A DNA stretch of 64,000 nt, taken from positions 62,682,001 through 62,746,000 of the forward strand of contig NC_135761.1 in assembly GCF_052425735.1 (NCBI RefSeq), in the 5' to 3' direction. Under the pieces are notes generated by a model. It was given only the letters and a program-made list of their open reading frames with translations. It did not search any database and was not told the DNA's origin. Position 1 is the stretch's first letter, and each line of letters begins with the position of its first letter. This document shows positions 12,863 through 26,791 of this stretch, one piece after another. The stretch is from Oculina patagonica. Lineage: Eukaryota. A program made the translations under genes and the position numbers.

Positions 12863-13547
12863 AGGTGGCTCATAATAGTTTAGATATTCCCGTCTTTGGC
12901 ACTCTACTGCTGGTACACCTGCAATGTTGAGGTTTAACTTTCAGTGCATCCTTGTAAAGGTTTTACTAATGAACAATTTGGAGTCACTGTGACGTCAAAA
13001 TTTGTTGCCATGGCAACTACAGAAGTAGTCAAAGATACCTTATTATTGACCGTTTGAGGCTAATTAGTCTAAAACTAGACGGTAAAAGTTTTTGTTTTTC
13101 GTATATTTTTGTCTAAAGGCCAAACGAAACAATCTGACAGTTTTTTAAAAAAAATTGTCAGAAATGTTCAGAGCCACCTTAAATTTATGCAAAAGTGACG
13201 TAGCACCGAATACTTTTGACAGATTTCTTTAAAATTTTGCAAAAATGTTTATTATGTCGGTTGGATAAAAATAATAATTATGTGAAAAAGAAAAACTTTC
13301 ACTAAGTAGTTTTTGAGTTAGCCTTGAAAGGGCCAAAATAGTGTAACTTTAACCATATATGATGCTACCATGGAAACAGAGTTTGACATCACTATGACCT
13401 CAAATTGTTACATACATACATACATGTTCATTGGTAAATCTTGTTTACGTTTGTGCTAAAAGATTATTCTTAACATTATTGGTATAGCTGTGATGGAATA
13501 CCAAAGACAGGCATGTCTAATCTGACTTAACTGTTACGGGCCACCTT
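12863..13547. mobile_element. Inverted-repeat DNA element remnant
   Basis: AGGTGGCTCATAATAG...CCGTCTTTGGCACTC mirrored by ...CCAAAGACAGG...GGGCCACCTTAA; partial copy at ~48440-48670. Confidence 0.55.
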
Positions 13548-14551
13548 AAATTAGGTTAGGACATGTAGAGGGTTGAAGTCTCATCAATGTTCATTCAAGC
13601 ATGAGTGGAACAAGGATCAGAGTACACACCAAAGTTGACAAAAATCACACAGCATGTAAGCAAAAACTCTATTGGCGACTCCAATGAAAGTGTGAGCAGG
13701 TTCAAATTCAATTTCTATCACACAAGTAACATCTAACCAGAGACACTGGATAAAGTTTAGCAGTGCTACATGTTTGTCATCAGTTGTCAGTCCCCTGTGG
13801 GGGGGGGGGGTCTAGATATGAACATGTGATACATGTAAGAGACATCTGCTACTTAAGTCAGGTTTTGCTAAAAGGATCAGTTTGTGGTTCTAGATTGTTT
13901 GGGAATTGGATGTAATTTCTTTCGACACCGGAATCGCCAGCTTTCTGTACACAAAATGCACAGATCAGACAAGTTACCTAAAATCGTGATCTGTGGCCCT
14001 TTTTAGTCAGTGTTGCACTAAAATAATTACTATTTCTTTCCCGATCCAATGCAATAGGATTTTTTGACTCGAATTTCACAAGATCATTAAACTGAAATAT
14101 TATAATGATTTAATCTCAACCATTCAATCATGGCCTCTACATATATCTGATATTATCATTTAAATGTTCTATTCAAGAGAAATTACAGTTGAAGTAATGA
14201 TTTCCATTATTTCAGTTCAACATTTTAAAATTGAATCAGAGAATTACTTTTTTGGCGGGAATATTTCACTTGTTAAAATGATTGTATTTACCCAGACAGA
14301 CACTGATTGAATAGGGAAAAATGGCAAGGACTTAAAAATTCAAGGACAAGGAATAAATTATGCATAAGTACTTATGCAAAGATTTGTTAAAGAAAATAAA
14401 ATTGCAAGTGGAATCAGCGATTTTTCTCAACACCTAGGGGTAATTGAACTCTGATATTGAAAATTTAAAATTTATTTAGGAATCACTTAGTAAATCCTTA
14501 ATTAAAGTTTATAATGAAAAATGTTCTAAAGCTAAGTTTTATTATAGTTAC

Positions 14552-15176
14552 CCTTTGTTTCCCAGTCAGAAAGTTGATCTAAAGTGGTCTTCTCCATACC
14601 AGCAGTCAACCCCAGGCTTTTCACCAAGGTCTCTAGCTTGAAGAAACAATCATTAAAGAAGGCTTCAGTCCAGTCAGTGACATTACAATGGCCCCATTTG
14701 TTCCTGACATTATCCCTGACATCATCAGCTGAATTCTGAATAGAAGTCAATGGAATTGGGGAGTGGAAAATAGCCGCAGGCTTGTTATATCCCAAGAGAC
14801 GAAGAATGGCACTCATGTCCAGTGACTCATCAAAGGCTGAAAATTCAGCAAGATAATCTGGCAGAAACAACTTGGCCAAGTCGACTGAATTGTTGATATT
14901 GTAGTTGTAGAGCGGTTTATGTTTGCCATGTAAATGCAGGTTGTTGTTAACATTCTGAAATTTCAAGTGTTTAAAGCTTGGATCTGTATTAACTTGATGG
15001 TATGTCAGTGTCTTTAGAGTACAAGGCGTGGTCAGACCACTGCAGTATATGTCCAGGTTAACATAGTGAGTGTCCATCCCTTGTTTGATAAAGTCACGCA
15101 AAACTGGAGCTGCTACTTTGTTCATGGCTATTCCAACAACAAGCCATCTCTTCTCCTCATCAGAGACCATCATCAT
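14552..15176 (-). CDS. NLR copy 1, coding exon 1: HEPN-like (CXorf38/DUF4559-like) domain
   Basis: ATG at 15176; DLAKLFLP..LDMSAILRLL..VRNKWGH; G|gtaac donor, phase 1, matching exon 2; acceptor upstream of 15250. Confidence 0.82.
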
Positions 15177-16705
15177 GAGTTTATAAATTTGCTTCAATAA
15201 TCATTGTTGTAATTGGTTGTAAATGCGAGGTAAACTTACATCTTGAGGGGCTGGAAAAACGAAAAAAAAAAAGGATTTTTAGCAATGTAATGTAACTAAT
15301 CATTTGTGTATGACTTGGTTTGATTTTAGGAATTGATTCAAATAGGATATTAATTTTAAGAAGTAGACATTTCAGTGTTTCATATATGACACGTGCCGCT
15401 GATTATACATTCTGCAGTTGCAGTAAATGGTTTTAGTGTGTTTGAGTTTCGTTTAGTATTGAGCAATATTTTATTTCTTATTAGCGGAACAAGTCACGAA
15501 AAAAATCGGTTTTCATTTAGCTTTCTTTTCCTTTGTGATTCAGTTATTATTTTGGTTTATTTTATAGCAGATTCATGCATTTGATTTCAGTGAACTGTTG
15601 TTCATGTAATAAAGGACGTTTACAGTTCATCGCATCTCGAGTTTACTTGTTGCCGCTTTACTTGTAGCGAACATTGGGTTCCTACAATTTGAGTCCAATT
15701 TAGAAAGTGTTGTACATGTACATAAATAAATAAAATAATTAGAATCAAACGAGAAATCAATAAACAAACAAACAAACGACAAATAAATTTTATTAACATG
15801 TAAAATATGGCCTGCAAACCTTCTGCAAGTTACTCTGTAATGTAGCTCTGCCGTCCCTGCTATATGGTCCATTGTGAGATATCAGACCACATTACAGGGG
15901 TCTAAAACAACATTTTGAGTCATTTAATATAATCATGTACAAATGCATCACCTGTATAAAGCCCCAAGCATTTAGGCTTTATTCAAGAACACATCAAGTA
16001 ATTCAAGTTTCAGCATGTCCAGTACAATTTCCAAGTCGGAAATTTATACTAGTTTGACTCAAAAGGCCAATTGTCACTGAAATAATTGATGATAAAGGCA
16101 TCATGACTTCAGATAAAGAATTTATGGTAAGACTTTAAGCATATTCTTTGGTTTGAATGGTCAAGAGTTTGTACTTTGATTAGGCCACACATGATCAAGT
16201 AAAAATATACATGGCAGTTATCTAAAGACTCATTCTGCTCTATTCGCTCCAAAACCTTTTTTTTTCAAAATTTAATGTGCTATTCTCAGGGTGTACATGT
16301 ACCTTACACTGTAAGTGATTACAGTAGTTCTGAACTAACCTTTAAGAAACAAGTATTCAGTCTCACTGATTATTGTGCACAGATGATGCAGAATTGACTT
16401 GAAGGTGTTAGTGATTTTAATAAGTACTGTGCAAATAAATGAAAAATAGTCATTAGTAACGGGGTAAACCAATAAATGTACAAATTTTAAGGATAACAGC
16501 TGATAGCAGTTACCGGTAATACAATTAGTGTTATTTTGAAAAACTCATAACTGTGCAAATCTAAAACAGAATTATTATTTTTTAAACAATAATATATACC
16601 CGGTATATAGTTTTGATTTGATTTTGAAATGATAATTTTTCTGTGTTGCATTGTGTAGTTCCATAAATTATCCATACCTCCCCCACGGAAGGGATTTTCC
16701 TTCAA

Positions 16706-17318
16706 GGCTGGTTCTCACATGATCGCCCCGATCGTTTCTATCGCATCGATCGTTTGCAAATACTGAGACGATCGAAGTGATTGGAAGCGATCAAGGGGGT
16801 TCTCATATGATCGCCCGGATCGTCTGGTATATGCAAAATAGGGTTAATCAAAGAAGATAATAATTCATGATCTTTTCTTTGTTCCCACATCTGAATATTC
16901 GATTTTATTCCGTTCGACGCACATGTGTTTTTTCAAAACTCCGATATCGCTTATGGCAGCATTCGATGCAAGAGCAAACCTCGTGGCCTCCTTTCTTCTC
17001 GTTATTGCCGTTTTACGGCTAAGGAGCAAAAGGGAGGCCAAACGGAAACGTAGTTCTGGGTAATACTGATGCACCATGGGACAGTTTGGATCGCTTATAT
17101 CGTCTCCCTCTGCAAAAGTAGTTCTCATATAATCGTTCGCGATCGCCGCGGTCTGCGACCGATCGCCTGGATAGAACACGGGCGATCGAAGCAATCGAGA
17201 TTGCCCCGATCACCAGACGTCTCTGTAGAGTTCTCATATGATCGCCCCGATCGCAAGCAAACTTTTTGAAGCGACAGAGGCGACAGAGACGATCGGGGTG
17301 ATCATATGAGAACCAGCC
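16706..17318. mobile_element. MITE with GGCTGGTTCTCA(C/T)ATGATC TIRs
   Basis: TIRs at both ends; GATCG-rich; nested in another repeat; paralogous copy at 51886-52491. Confidence 0.8.
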
Positions 17319-17719
17319 TTAAGTCCCCACAACACCTCTGGAAATTCCAATGAATGTTCATACATTTTCTTAAAGTTTTCTGCCTTTGAGATCCCTCCCA
17401 CCTGCAGGATTTTCCAATCCCTTTTTGGGGGTTTTGAGGGGAGAAGTATGGAACCACGCATTACCAATGAGATGGTAGACATTTACTACAGGGATATATG
17501 ATTTCCATGTGGTTTATTCATTGTGCATCTGACTGATTTTTGGATTTCCCTTGCAACACCACCTGGGGAGGGGGTACTCCCCTGTATCAGGTATATAGGT
17601 ATGTGCCACCCCAAAGGGTATGGTTTTTGAGCTGTTTTGTTCTGAAAACAATATAGAGTTTGAACATTTTGGTCTGAAATTGGGTACGGTTATCGGGGGA
17701 ACGTTCACGAAAGCTAATA

Positions 17720-17981
17720 CCGTATTTTCTCAATTAAACGCCCCCGGCGTTTATTTCAAACTTGGCTCTGTGGATTCGGCGTTTATTTAAATGATGCAGT
17801 TTATTGGAACAAAATGTTTATTAAACAAGGGTTTTAAATCATTATTTGTGACATGAATGTAATTTGCCATCATACCTAAAGCATATTACACCTCGAATAA
17901 TTGCCTGGAAGGCTTACTTTCCACTCTAGCTCGGAGACCCGGCGTTTATTCGGGGCCCGGCGTTTAATCGAGAAAATACGG
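17720..17981. mobile_element. Tc1/mariner-type MITE, present only in unit 1
   Basis: TA|CCGTATTTTCTC...GAGAAAATACGG|TA; exact empty site with a single TA at 52890-52891. Confidence 0.9.
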
Positions 17982-20900
17982 TAAACTTATTTTTCTTCCC
18001 AGCAACCGGGGCGAGTAACTGGTGAGAGAGAAAGTTTTACCTATTCACCTTTGTTACATTGACTTCCGTTCAGCACTGCATTATGCTTTGCTTTATCATG
18101 TACTACAACTTAGCCAGTGTGAAAATTTGTATATTTTCAAGGTCAGGTCTGAAAATGTGAATGGATTTTTGACGCCAGATCTGAAAACGGGTGTGTAAAA
18201 TGGCATTTTTGGTTTGAAACTGGGTCTGGATTTGGAGATGCAGGTGGCACATCCCCACCAAAAATTCCATGGAGTACAACCCCCCCCCAGGCAACAGCAT
18301 TAGATAGCATTCCACAGTTCCACCCTTCCTAGTCTCTGTGGCAGAAACACTTGATTTAATTTTAGGAGACAATAATTTTTGCTTAATGAACAAACATTTT
18401 ATTTAGCTACAATGTTGGGTATTTTTGCTCATCAGCCAACATAGTAAACTGAGATCTGCTACTGCTTAAAGCTAGCGATATTGAAACTGGTGAGTAGACT
18501 AGCCACCCTATGCTACATGTATATGTGTTACCATGATGTATTTTTACTGGCAAGTGGAAAGAAGCCTATGTTTAAGCTACAATCCATGTGACAGTTATTT
18601 TACTATAGTACAGAGTGGTCTGAGCTAAGATGATCCTGAATTATGTATTAGTTTAAAGGTTGCCTGGTTCCCAGCGCCTACAGTTTGTGATTTAGAACAC
18701 ATCACCACAAGGCTCACCCATCCTCAAACCATCAAAGCCTTCCAATCTCAACGGCTGCCCTGCTTATTAATCAGGCGGGGCCTGGGCCCGATTCATAATC
18801 TGTGTCAGATTTTGTTGTTTTTTTTGTCGGTAAATCATTCCAGATGCACGCGGCCCAGCTGACTCCTTGGCCACGGTCACGCAAGTTTTGATGTTTCATT
18901 TAGCGATCGCTCGTATTATGAACACTCTGCTCTCTGTTCAGTGTGAAGTGTATGTTTGTGTCATTCGTCCGTTTGATTCAGCGGGCACTGAATGTTTACA
19001 ATGCAAAGCCGAGAAGTGTTTTGACATGTCCAAGCTAATTAAAAATGAAACGATTACCCACGGGCCCAGGGGACTCCTTGATCACGCAAGTTTTGATGTT
19101 TATTGGCGATCGCTCGCCTGTAGTAATAAATAATCATACATCTATTTTAAAAATATTTACGAATTCTCTGCGCTCTGTTTTTTGTGAAATATGTATTTTG
19201 TAATTCAAGCGTGTGGCTCGGAGCAAGCACTGAGTAATCACGTTGCGATTTGACACGTCCAAACTACTTATAAATGAAAAATGAATTATTTTTCGTGTGT
19301 TATGCAAGTCTTTTGAGTTTATTTTTGGAATCGAAAGGAAATTGCAAACCCAGCAAAAAATTTGTCAGGGCACGCCGGACAAGGGGAAATTACCTGCTGA
19401 ATCACGTAGTCAGGCAATGTCTATTTGCGTGCTTTCAATCATGCGACTTCGGAAATGCCACTGAAAGCTGTGTTTTCTAACAAAATAGCAGTTAAACTTC
19501 AAGAACTTGATTTTTAAGCTTCTTTTATTTTAACCCAAAATCAATTTATGCCATTCAAGTGGTTTGAATGTATTTTATGTAAGATTTGGAACAAAATAAA
19601 TATTTGCAAGCCCAGACAGGAATTTGTTTATGCATCAGTGGATCAAAAAAGAAATGACGTAATCAGGAAAATTTCGGTTCAATTCTCCAAACTTCTTGAC
19701 TGGTGCAAAACTCGGACTTGAGTCGTCGGACGACGCTAAACAGAGAAATACAACGGGATGGCCTCAGTCTACTTTTTATTTTGGCGTGAAATGGACTCCC
19801 TTTTATTGTCATTCAACTGGTTTGGGTTTATTTCATTCAACATTGTAACAAAAAAAAATATTTGCATGCCTAAGCATAAATTTATCCGTCAAGGCATGTG
19901 GCATAAGGCAAGAGATGATGCGATAAGGGAAATTCAGCTCACACACACTCCGTGACTCACGCAAACACGACTTGTGTGTTTCTCAAGTGACTGCTTTTGT
20001 AAATACTTTTTTACTGTGCTGTGCCGTACCTTTTTGACCTTTCTAGCCAATTTTAAAAAAGAACTGAAAAGAAGTGGTCAAACATTAACCGCCAGATTAT
20101 AAACTACTTGAAGTTTCTTGTTGAATTTTTTGGGTTAATCATTTTGATAACATGTTGCATTTTTTTTAACCACCAAACAATCCGCAAACTCTCTCACTTT
20201 GTTAATTCTTATCCAAAATTAAAGAACAGCAACATTTTACAGACAAAAGAGAGTTAATTGTGGCAGACAGGAGTTCCGTTGTAAAATTACTCACAGAACA
20301 TGACAAAAAGCTTACAGGAATTCGAACTGAAACAACATATTGTCAACAATAAAAAAAATACTCCAGATGCCATCCAACTTAACAAAAAACTAAACAGAGT
20401 AGAAATCCGATTCCTCGAACCCTCGGTTACTCGAAACTCCCAATTTCTCGAACCAATTTCCGCTTCTTGGATAGTACTTCTCTGTAAGTTTAATCCCCCC
20501 CCCCCCCCCAGCCCCCCCCCCCTTCCCCCTCCCGATTTCTCGAGACAATTTTCGGTTCGAGAAATCGGGATTCTACTGTAATTTCATTTAAACAAGCCAT
20601 CAAGAAGCCAAAACAATTCCAGACGCTGTCAAATGATCGTAAAGAGCTGAGGGCAGGAAAATACAAGCTTATTATCTTGAATTGAAAGCTTCATGAAGGA
20701 AGTAGCCGGAAGTGATCTGACTTCTTAGAGACTAAAGAAAAATTAATCTGAAGTAAAACCACACATTTGTAGTAACTGTGTGTATACATACCTCTCAGCT
20801 TTATACCTGATCAGCAAAACACGGGCTTAAGTGAACATTTAGTCTAAAAATCATCACAAACTGGCTTTCCAACGCATCAAACGCCTTGCATGTCTGTCTT

Positions 20901-21016
20901 CGCACATTTCCGAGAAACAAGCAGTCCCGTTCCAGACTCCAACGGTTGCTGAGCTTGAAATGAAATGAGGGACTGGTGTACCATCCCCAGTCTCCCCATG
21001 CATGTTGTTTGTTTTG

Positions 21017-21328
21017 CATTCTCGTCCCCATAGCCCTTTCGTTTCTCTTAGCCGGCTGGGCCTTGGCACGAGGAAACAAAGGGCTCTGGGGACACAAGAT
21101 TTCCAGTCCTAGATTCTAGGACTTCCGGTCTTCATGTATGCAGTCATGACGTTTCAAAAGAATGTAAGAGAGAGTCGTTACGTTTTCGACTTCCGTTTAG
21201 GAATTCTTTGTTCCAAACAGCCAATCCAAAAAATTCGAATTTATTCAAAAATCCTATGTCCCCAGAGCCCTCTGTTTTCTCGTGCCAAGCCGGCTAAGAG
21301 AAACGAAAGGGCTATGGGGACGAGAATG
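21017..21328. mobile_element. MITE with long TIRs and a 10-bp TSD
   Basis: CATTCTCGTCCCCATAGCCC TIRs; GTTTGTTTTG on both flanks; absent at the paralogous site ~55110. Confidence 0.85.
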
Positions 21329-24300
21329 GTTTGTTTTGATGAACTGCCGTGAAACGTCCATTTTACTAAAATCTTGATAGGTAACTGTGACCATACTATG
21401 AGGTCTTTTTTGTAACTTTATTTTTGCCTTTATTGATCGAATATTCACCGGAAACCGTCTTATATAAACAACAATCTTTTTATACGAATATCGTGCTGGT
21501 GAAAACACATTCTTCAAAATTCACAAATTTCTTAAAACAATATACCCAAGGCTGAGATTTTGTTGTTTTTAACCCCGCTAACCTACTAGCCGAAAATAAT
21601 AGTTAAAAATGGCGGAGAAGAGGTATATCGGTCGTGGGGGGGGGGGGGGGGGGGGGGGGTGGTGCCCCAAAGAATACCACCAAATATATGGCGGCTGCAC
21701 ACTGTATTTTTTCAAAAACTATTTTCGCAATAACTCAGTCGTATAAAACGCTACAGAGATATAATTTGGACAAAATGTTTCTTTTTGCTTAAGGCGTTCA
21801 GATTCTAGAATGTTGTTAAAGTTATGATTACAGTAGAACCCCGGTAACTCGAACTCGGACAACTCGAACACCCCCGCTAACTTGAACTAACTTCCATTTC
21901 CCTTGGATTCGACCCCACTTTTCAGTCATTAATCGGGCGTGGCCGATTTATAGTTTACCCTTTGGTCGTCCTAGACGATAGTCTCCTGTCGGCTAAAAAT
22001 GACGGGGATAGCCTGGGCCAATCGGTTTCATTTCAGTTTTGACAGCAACTTGTTGTAGGAACACTGGGTCGACTTTTGGGCTTATCTGCAATCTGGTTCT
22101 CTTCTTTGCTTCGGCGGGAGGACAGAGAAAAAAATCTTAAGGGGTAAAGTACTAATAATCACCATTGTGAAACTGTAGTTGCTTTGACAAGTTAAAGCTA
22201 TTTTTGTAAATAAAAGGGGTAACGTCATTCATGTCACGCAATGTTTTTGTGGGAAACTTTGAAACTAGACGCTTTGCTGGTTTCTACAAATAGCAGTGTG
22301 ATCTGGCGGTACATTTTAAAACTATTTTTTATATATTTAGCAAAATGTATGTCGATTTTCATTTCCGCACAGTTGGGCGTCAAAGTCGCCTGTCACAAAG
22401 AGTAGAATGTTTGCACAACATGGTTTGGATATATTTTAGATTTGACTAGTGACGTTAGTAAGACACTTCTCAAGACGTCAGCAAAACATTGGCAATGTAC
22501 AGTATTGGTGTGAACTTGAATGGAATTTTTTACGAGATCAGTAAAGCTATCGAATGAAAAGATGACTTGAAAATGAAAACTTCGAATAATTATAGATAAA
22601 TACCAATTGAATTTTAGATGAGAAATTCCGGAAGTGACATCTGTGTTCAAAATAGGAATTTTTGTACAACTTAAAGTTCTGAAAAAAAAAGACCACATGT
22701 GTTGTGAAAATCACAGACAAACATGATCAGGAAAACAAAAGAGGCCAATGGGTTTTATTCACGAAAATACAACTTTCTTAAGAAAGAGTTTGTAAACAAG
22801 ACAATGGAATCGAATTACATTTCACACGAAATTTGCATACATTTGAACTTGTAAAAAGGAAGTATCTCTGCCGAGACATAATAGCGAGACCTTACATTAA
22901 TAATTATTGTATTCTGATCTGATTGTTATTTTTTATGCATTAACTATTTGAAAGTGGTTCTCATCGCTGAAAACAAAACGGTTTTTCATTCACTGCTTGA
23001 AGTATTTATAGACGTGAAAACATTCGCTTTATCAAATTACCGGGCATTCTGCACGAAATATTTTGTATCCATTTGTCCCGAAACTTTGAGGAAATTGAAA
23101 TCTTTGTGGACAGTACTGCATAAAAGCAGTTCATAGAATTGAATAAAAAGATAAGAACCATATTGATAAAGGAAATTTTAAAACTTTATTTTGGCTCATT
23201 TTGACGAAATTCAGGATTTTCAAAGACTGCCAGTAAACGGCTGTTTCTTGTCTGTCTCTAATGATTTTGCTACGGTTTCGAACGAGCTAATTTTTCAACA
23301 TGACATCATGGTAGCGGGCAGAAGTCGGTTCGTTCTGAATTTTTCAATACAGTATACAAGTTACAGGTCAATATACCGACCCTCTGTACAGTAAAAAACG
23401 TTTTGGGAACAAACCATTGTGAACTTATTTTCTATGTTGATCAGTAAAAATTAAGTCTTTATTAAGTCTTGCGAAAAGGCTGCACTTTGCTAAGTGTTTC
23501 AAATTTATATTTTCTAGACGTCTAGTTCAATCGTTTATTTGTATTGTGCGAAATATATTTTTATAAATTGAGACCATTATGTCATTAAGTAATAATGCAA
23601 TCTTGAAAACATACCAGATGTTCATTATTAAATAGAAACACGAAAAATTCAAATTTGGGAAAACAAGCCTGTCAAAATGACGTTGCCATGGTGATTTCAA
23701 GTTACTGGCACAATAACTAATCCTACCAAATTATTGCGAGATAAATTTTAGATAAACGCGCAAAGTTTGGGAGCGTTTGGTTGAATCTTGAAAAAGTTAT
23801 AAGCGTCCAAAGTCAGCGCGGGCCTAAAAAGCCCCCCCCCCCCCCCCCGGCCTGAACTCGAACACCCCCGCTAACTCGAACAGACTTCCATTTCCCTTGG
23901 ATTTAAACTCACTTTTCAGTCACTTTTACTCGGTTCACTCGACCTCGGATAACTCGAAAAGCCCGCTGAACTAAATTTTGTTTCCCTTGAAACACAGTTG
24001 GGGTCAAATTTACCCCGATAACTCGAATTCCGGTTCTTGCAGCTAAAGGTAACAGCTAACAGGTAAACTTAGGAAACGTTTCTCACAACCAGTTAGCAGT
24101 CAACCATCTAAGCATACATCTGACAAACAACCTTACAACCGCATTTTCTACGATAGTATTTTTTTATTAATCGTGCTTCATTTTTCCTAACAATTTCCCA
24201 TCACAGTGTAAAATATTACCAGGCTAAGTTACATAAAATATTTCTTTAACGGTATAATTTGGAGGTGTGTCTCCAATAACTCAAATTTGCATTAATTGTG

Positions 24301-24658
24301 AAATGTGGCAAGCGCCGTCCCTATTTTGGCTGCCCTATTATGACTGAACGTCTTGTTTAATTGTTGTGCAATACAATTACTGTTCAATTTGCGGAATAGA
24401 TTTCCATTCCCTTTGTTCGAGCTCTTTTCGGTTTATCTTGCCAGATAGCGTAGTGGGAAGAGAATCCACAAACTCCATCTAGAAGAATAATCAGGAAGAA
24501 ATGCTAATTTATCATCGTGGTATCTTATCATCAAAGCTATTCATTACTTCTAATCATTAATTGAATACACCGGATAGAGCTTGTGCCATTAAAGTCCGAG
24601 ATGTCTTCGCACACGTTTATTAGCTCATATCTATCCTGCTCCTCTCTTTTACCCTTTT

Positions 24659-24723
24659 GTCATCATCATCATCATCATCATTATCGTCGTCGTCGTCGTC
24701 GTCATCGTCATCGTCATCATCAT
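24659..24723. repeat. (TCA)n/(TCG)n compound microsatellite
   Basis: Direct reading; paralogous copy near 57518-57581. Confidence 0.9.
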
Positions 24724-25125
24724 TGACCTGATGTAATTATTTACAAAGTTCTTGCAAAAGGACTTACCTTCGATAGACACATCCAACCCGCTGTACTCTT
24801 TGTCACGTGATTTTGAAGTTCCTTCATGATCTCATCTTGTTCTGAATTCTTGAACTCTTTGGATAAGATGACAAATGCTTTCACAACCACCTACAGAAAT
24901 GCAAAAAATAAAACTTAAAATATACCATCTTCCCTGAAGGAAAATAGGCTATTTTCAGTAAATTGGAATTTCGGCTTGGTAGCGAGGCCGAGAGGTCTGG
25001 AAAAAAAAGAAAGAACACGACACAGCAATAGTGTAAGTTAATTTTGTTCATAAAACGTTCGAATATAAACATCGTAAAACAAAATTGTTTCATTCCCATA
25101 CAAATCCTTATAAATCGAGTCTTAA

Positions 25126-25698
25126 CCCTCGGACGTACAAGCAAACTCATACCCCCATCATCGTACAAAGGGGGGGGGGGGGGTGGATGGAACCCCTCCC
25201 CGGAGTTTTCGTTATATTAAGGTGTAGCGAAATTATTTTGCTCTCAGAAGAAAGCCCTTAGCTTACTCTACAAGATGGCATAATTTTAATTGGCTGTGAC
25301 GTCACGTGACGTCATAAGAGCCGCCATCTTGGATCCGCCATCTTGGATTTCAACATTTTCTTAGGAAAGCACAAAATAACGGAAATTGATGCAAAATCAA
25401 GCTAGAATGCTTATGGAATGTAAAAATAAACAAATCTTACACTTCTGTTTGAAAAAACTGGAAAAAATCAAGAAAAATGTTAAAAATGACGATTTTTGGC
25501 AAGACCTGCTTGTATTTATGACGTTGCCATGGCAACGTCATATACCATGGACACATGGTTGACATATCAAAATTTCTGCAAAGGATGAATGAACAGCTAC
25601 CGAAAGTTTCAGCATTGTAGGGTAAATGCTTTTTTCAAAATTCGGAAAAAACCTTACGGGGGGCATCCACCCCCCCCCCCCCCTTGTACGTCCGAGTG
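25126..25698. mobile_element. piggyBac-like MITE in an ACSM intron
   Basis: TTAA TSD; TIRs CCCTCGGACGTACAAG / CTTGTACGTCCGAGTG. Confidence 0.88.
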
Positions 25699-26606
25699 TT
25701 AAACTACTGTGGCTCTTATCGTTAGCTTGGGCTGCCTGTGCTGGAACTGGGATACACACACACAAAAAAAAAATGGGAATGCGAAACACTTTAGCACATG
25801 AAAAAGCATATATTTTACATTCCATAATATTCCTTAAGGCATAGTTACAATGTTGAAAACTCTGAAACGAAACCAAGGCCTGCAAGTAAGTGTCGATCAA
25901 TTTTTGTGTCAGTGATTTAGTTAGTCACCAAAACAGCTATGACTTAGCATGCACATCCTTGTACCAGGGAGTTTGTTCCCTGCGACCAGCGGTCAGAAAC
26001 GAAAGACCCTGGAAAGTTCTGATTGGAAGTCAGAAAATATCGGACTTCCGGTTGAATTACACGTGCCTGGTGTTTTTACATCCGGCCATTTTTATTGTTT
26101 TCAAAACCAATGACAATCGATTATGCAACAGAAATTTTGAGCGTCGCTTGCTTCGTCAAGCTTACGCAGTAGGGAACGGAGACTCGAGGTACGAGATTGG
26201 GCGGAACGTGTGACGGCAATATAAACAATTAATTCCTCTACTAACCTTGTAACACACACGGAAAATTGTAAATGAGAGATTCCTCTGAATTACTCACCAA
26301 TAGAACTGGAGGAAACATTGATTTGGATGCGTGGAGTTGAAAATGTCAGAAAACAAAGGGGATTTACCGATTTCATCGTGAAAATTTTTATATAGACTTG
26401 GTTGACCCAGGAATTTCACACAAGGCGCCATTCGTTCTCCGGACTCACGGACAAATGGAAATGTTCAAAAAAGTGATAGTGTCAGTCAGGGTAGTCGAAC
26501 GAGTAGTTGCATTTGAGAAAGACTCAGTGAATCAGTAAATATCGATTTAATTCTAATTTTCTTTTAAGCAAACGAACAAATGAATACATGAAAAGTAATG
26601 TACCCA

Positions 26607-26791
26607 GCGGTGGCCTAATGGTTAGCGTGCTCGACTCCGAGTCGAACGGCCCGGGTTCGAAGCCTGGCCGGGGCGCTCGATGGACTAGCATCCCATCCAG
26701 GGGGGAGTAGCAATACTCCTAGTCGCTTAATGCTACGGAAACCGGGATAAGCTCCGACTCTATGGGCCACTTAGGCTCGGACAGACTTTAC
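26607..26791 (+). mobile_element. tRNA-derived SINE
   Basis: A-box TGGCCTAATGG, B-box GGTTCGAAGCC; 11-bp TSD TAATGTACCCA. Confidence 0.85.

Noticed and set aside
26298-26430. Minus-strand ATG-initiated exon-like segment with a GTGAGT donor in the ACSM intron
   Set aside because: The long frame hits a stop when spliced to the 24890 exon; no recognisable homology; could be a cryptic exon but is unsupported
26607-26670. tRNA gene candidates (also ~33700-33770 and ~10940-10970)
   Set aside because: These are heads of SINEs or repeats, with a TSD or SINE body; no convincing complete cloverleaf
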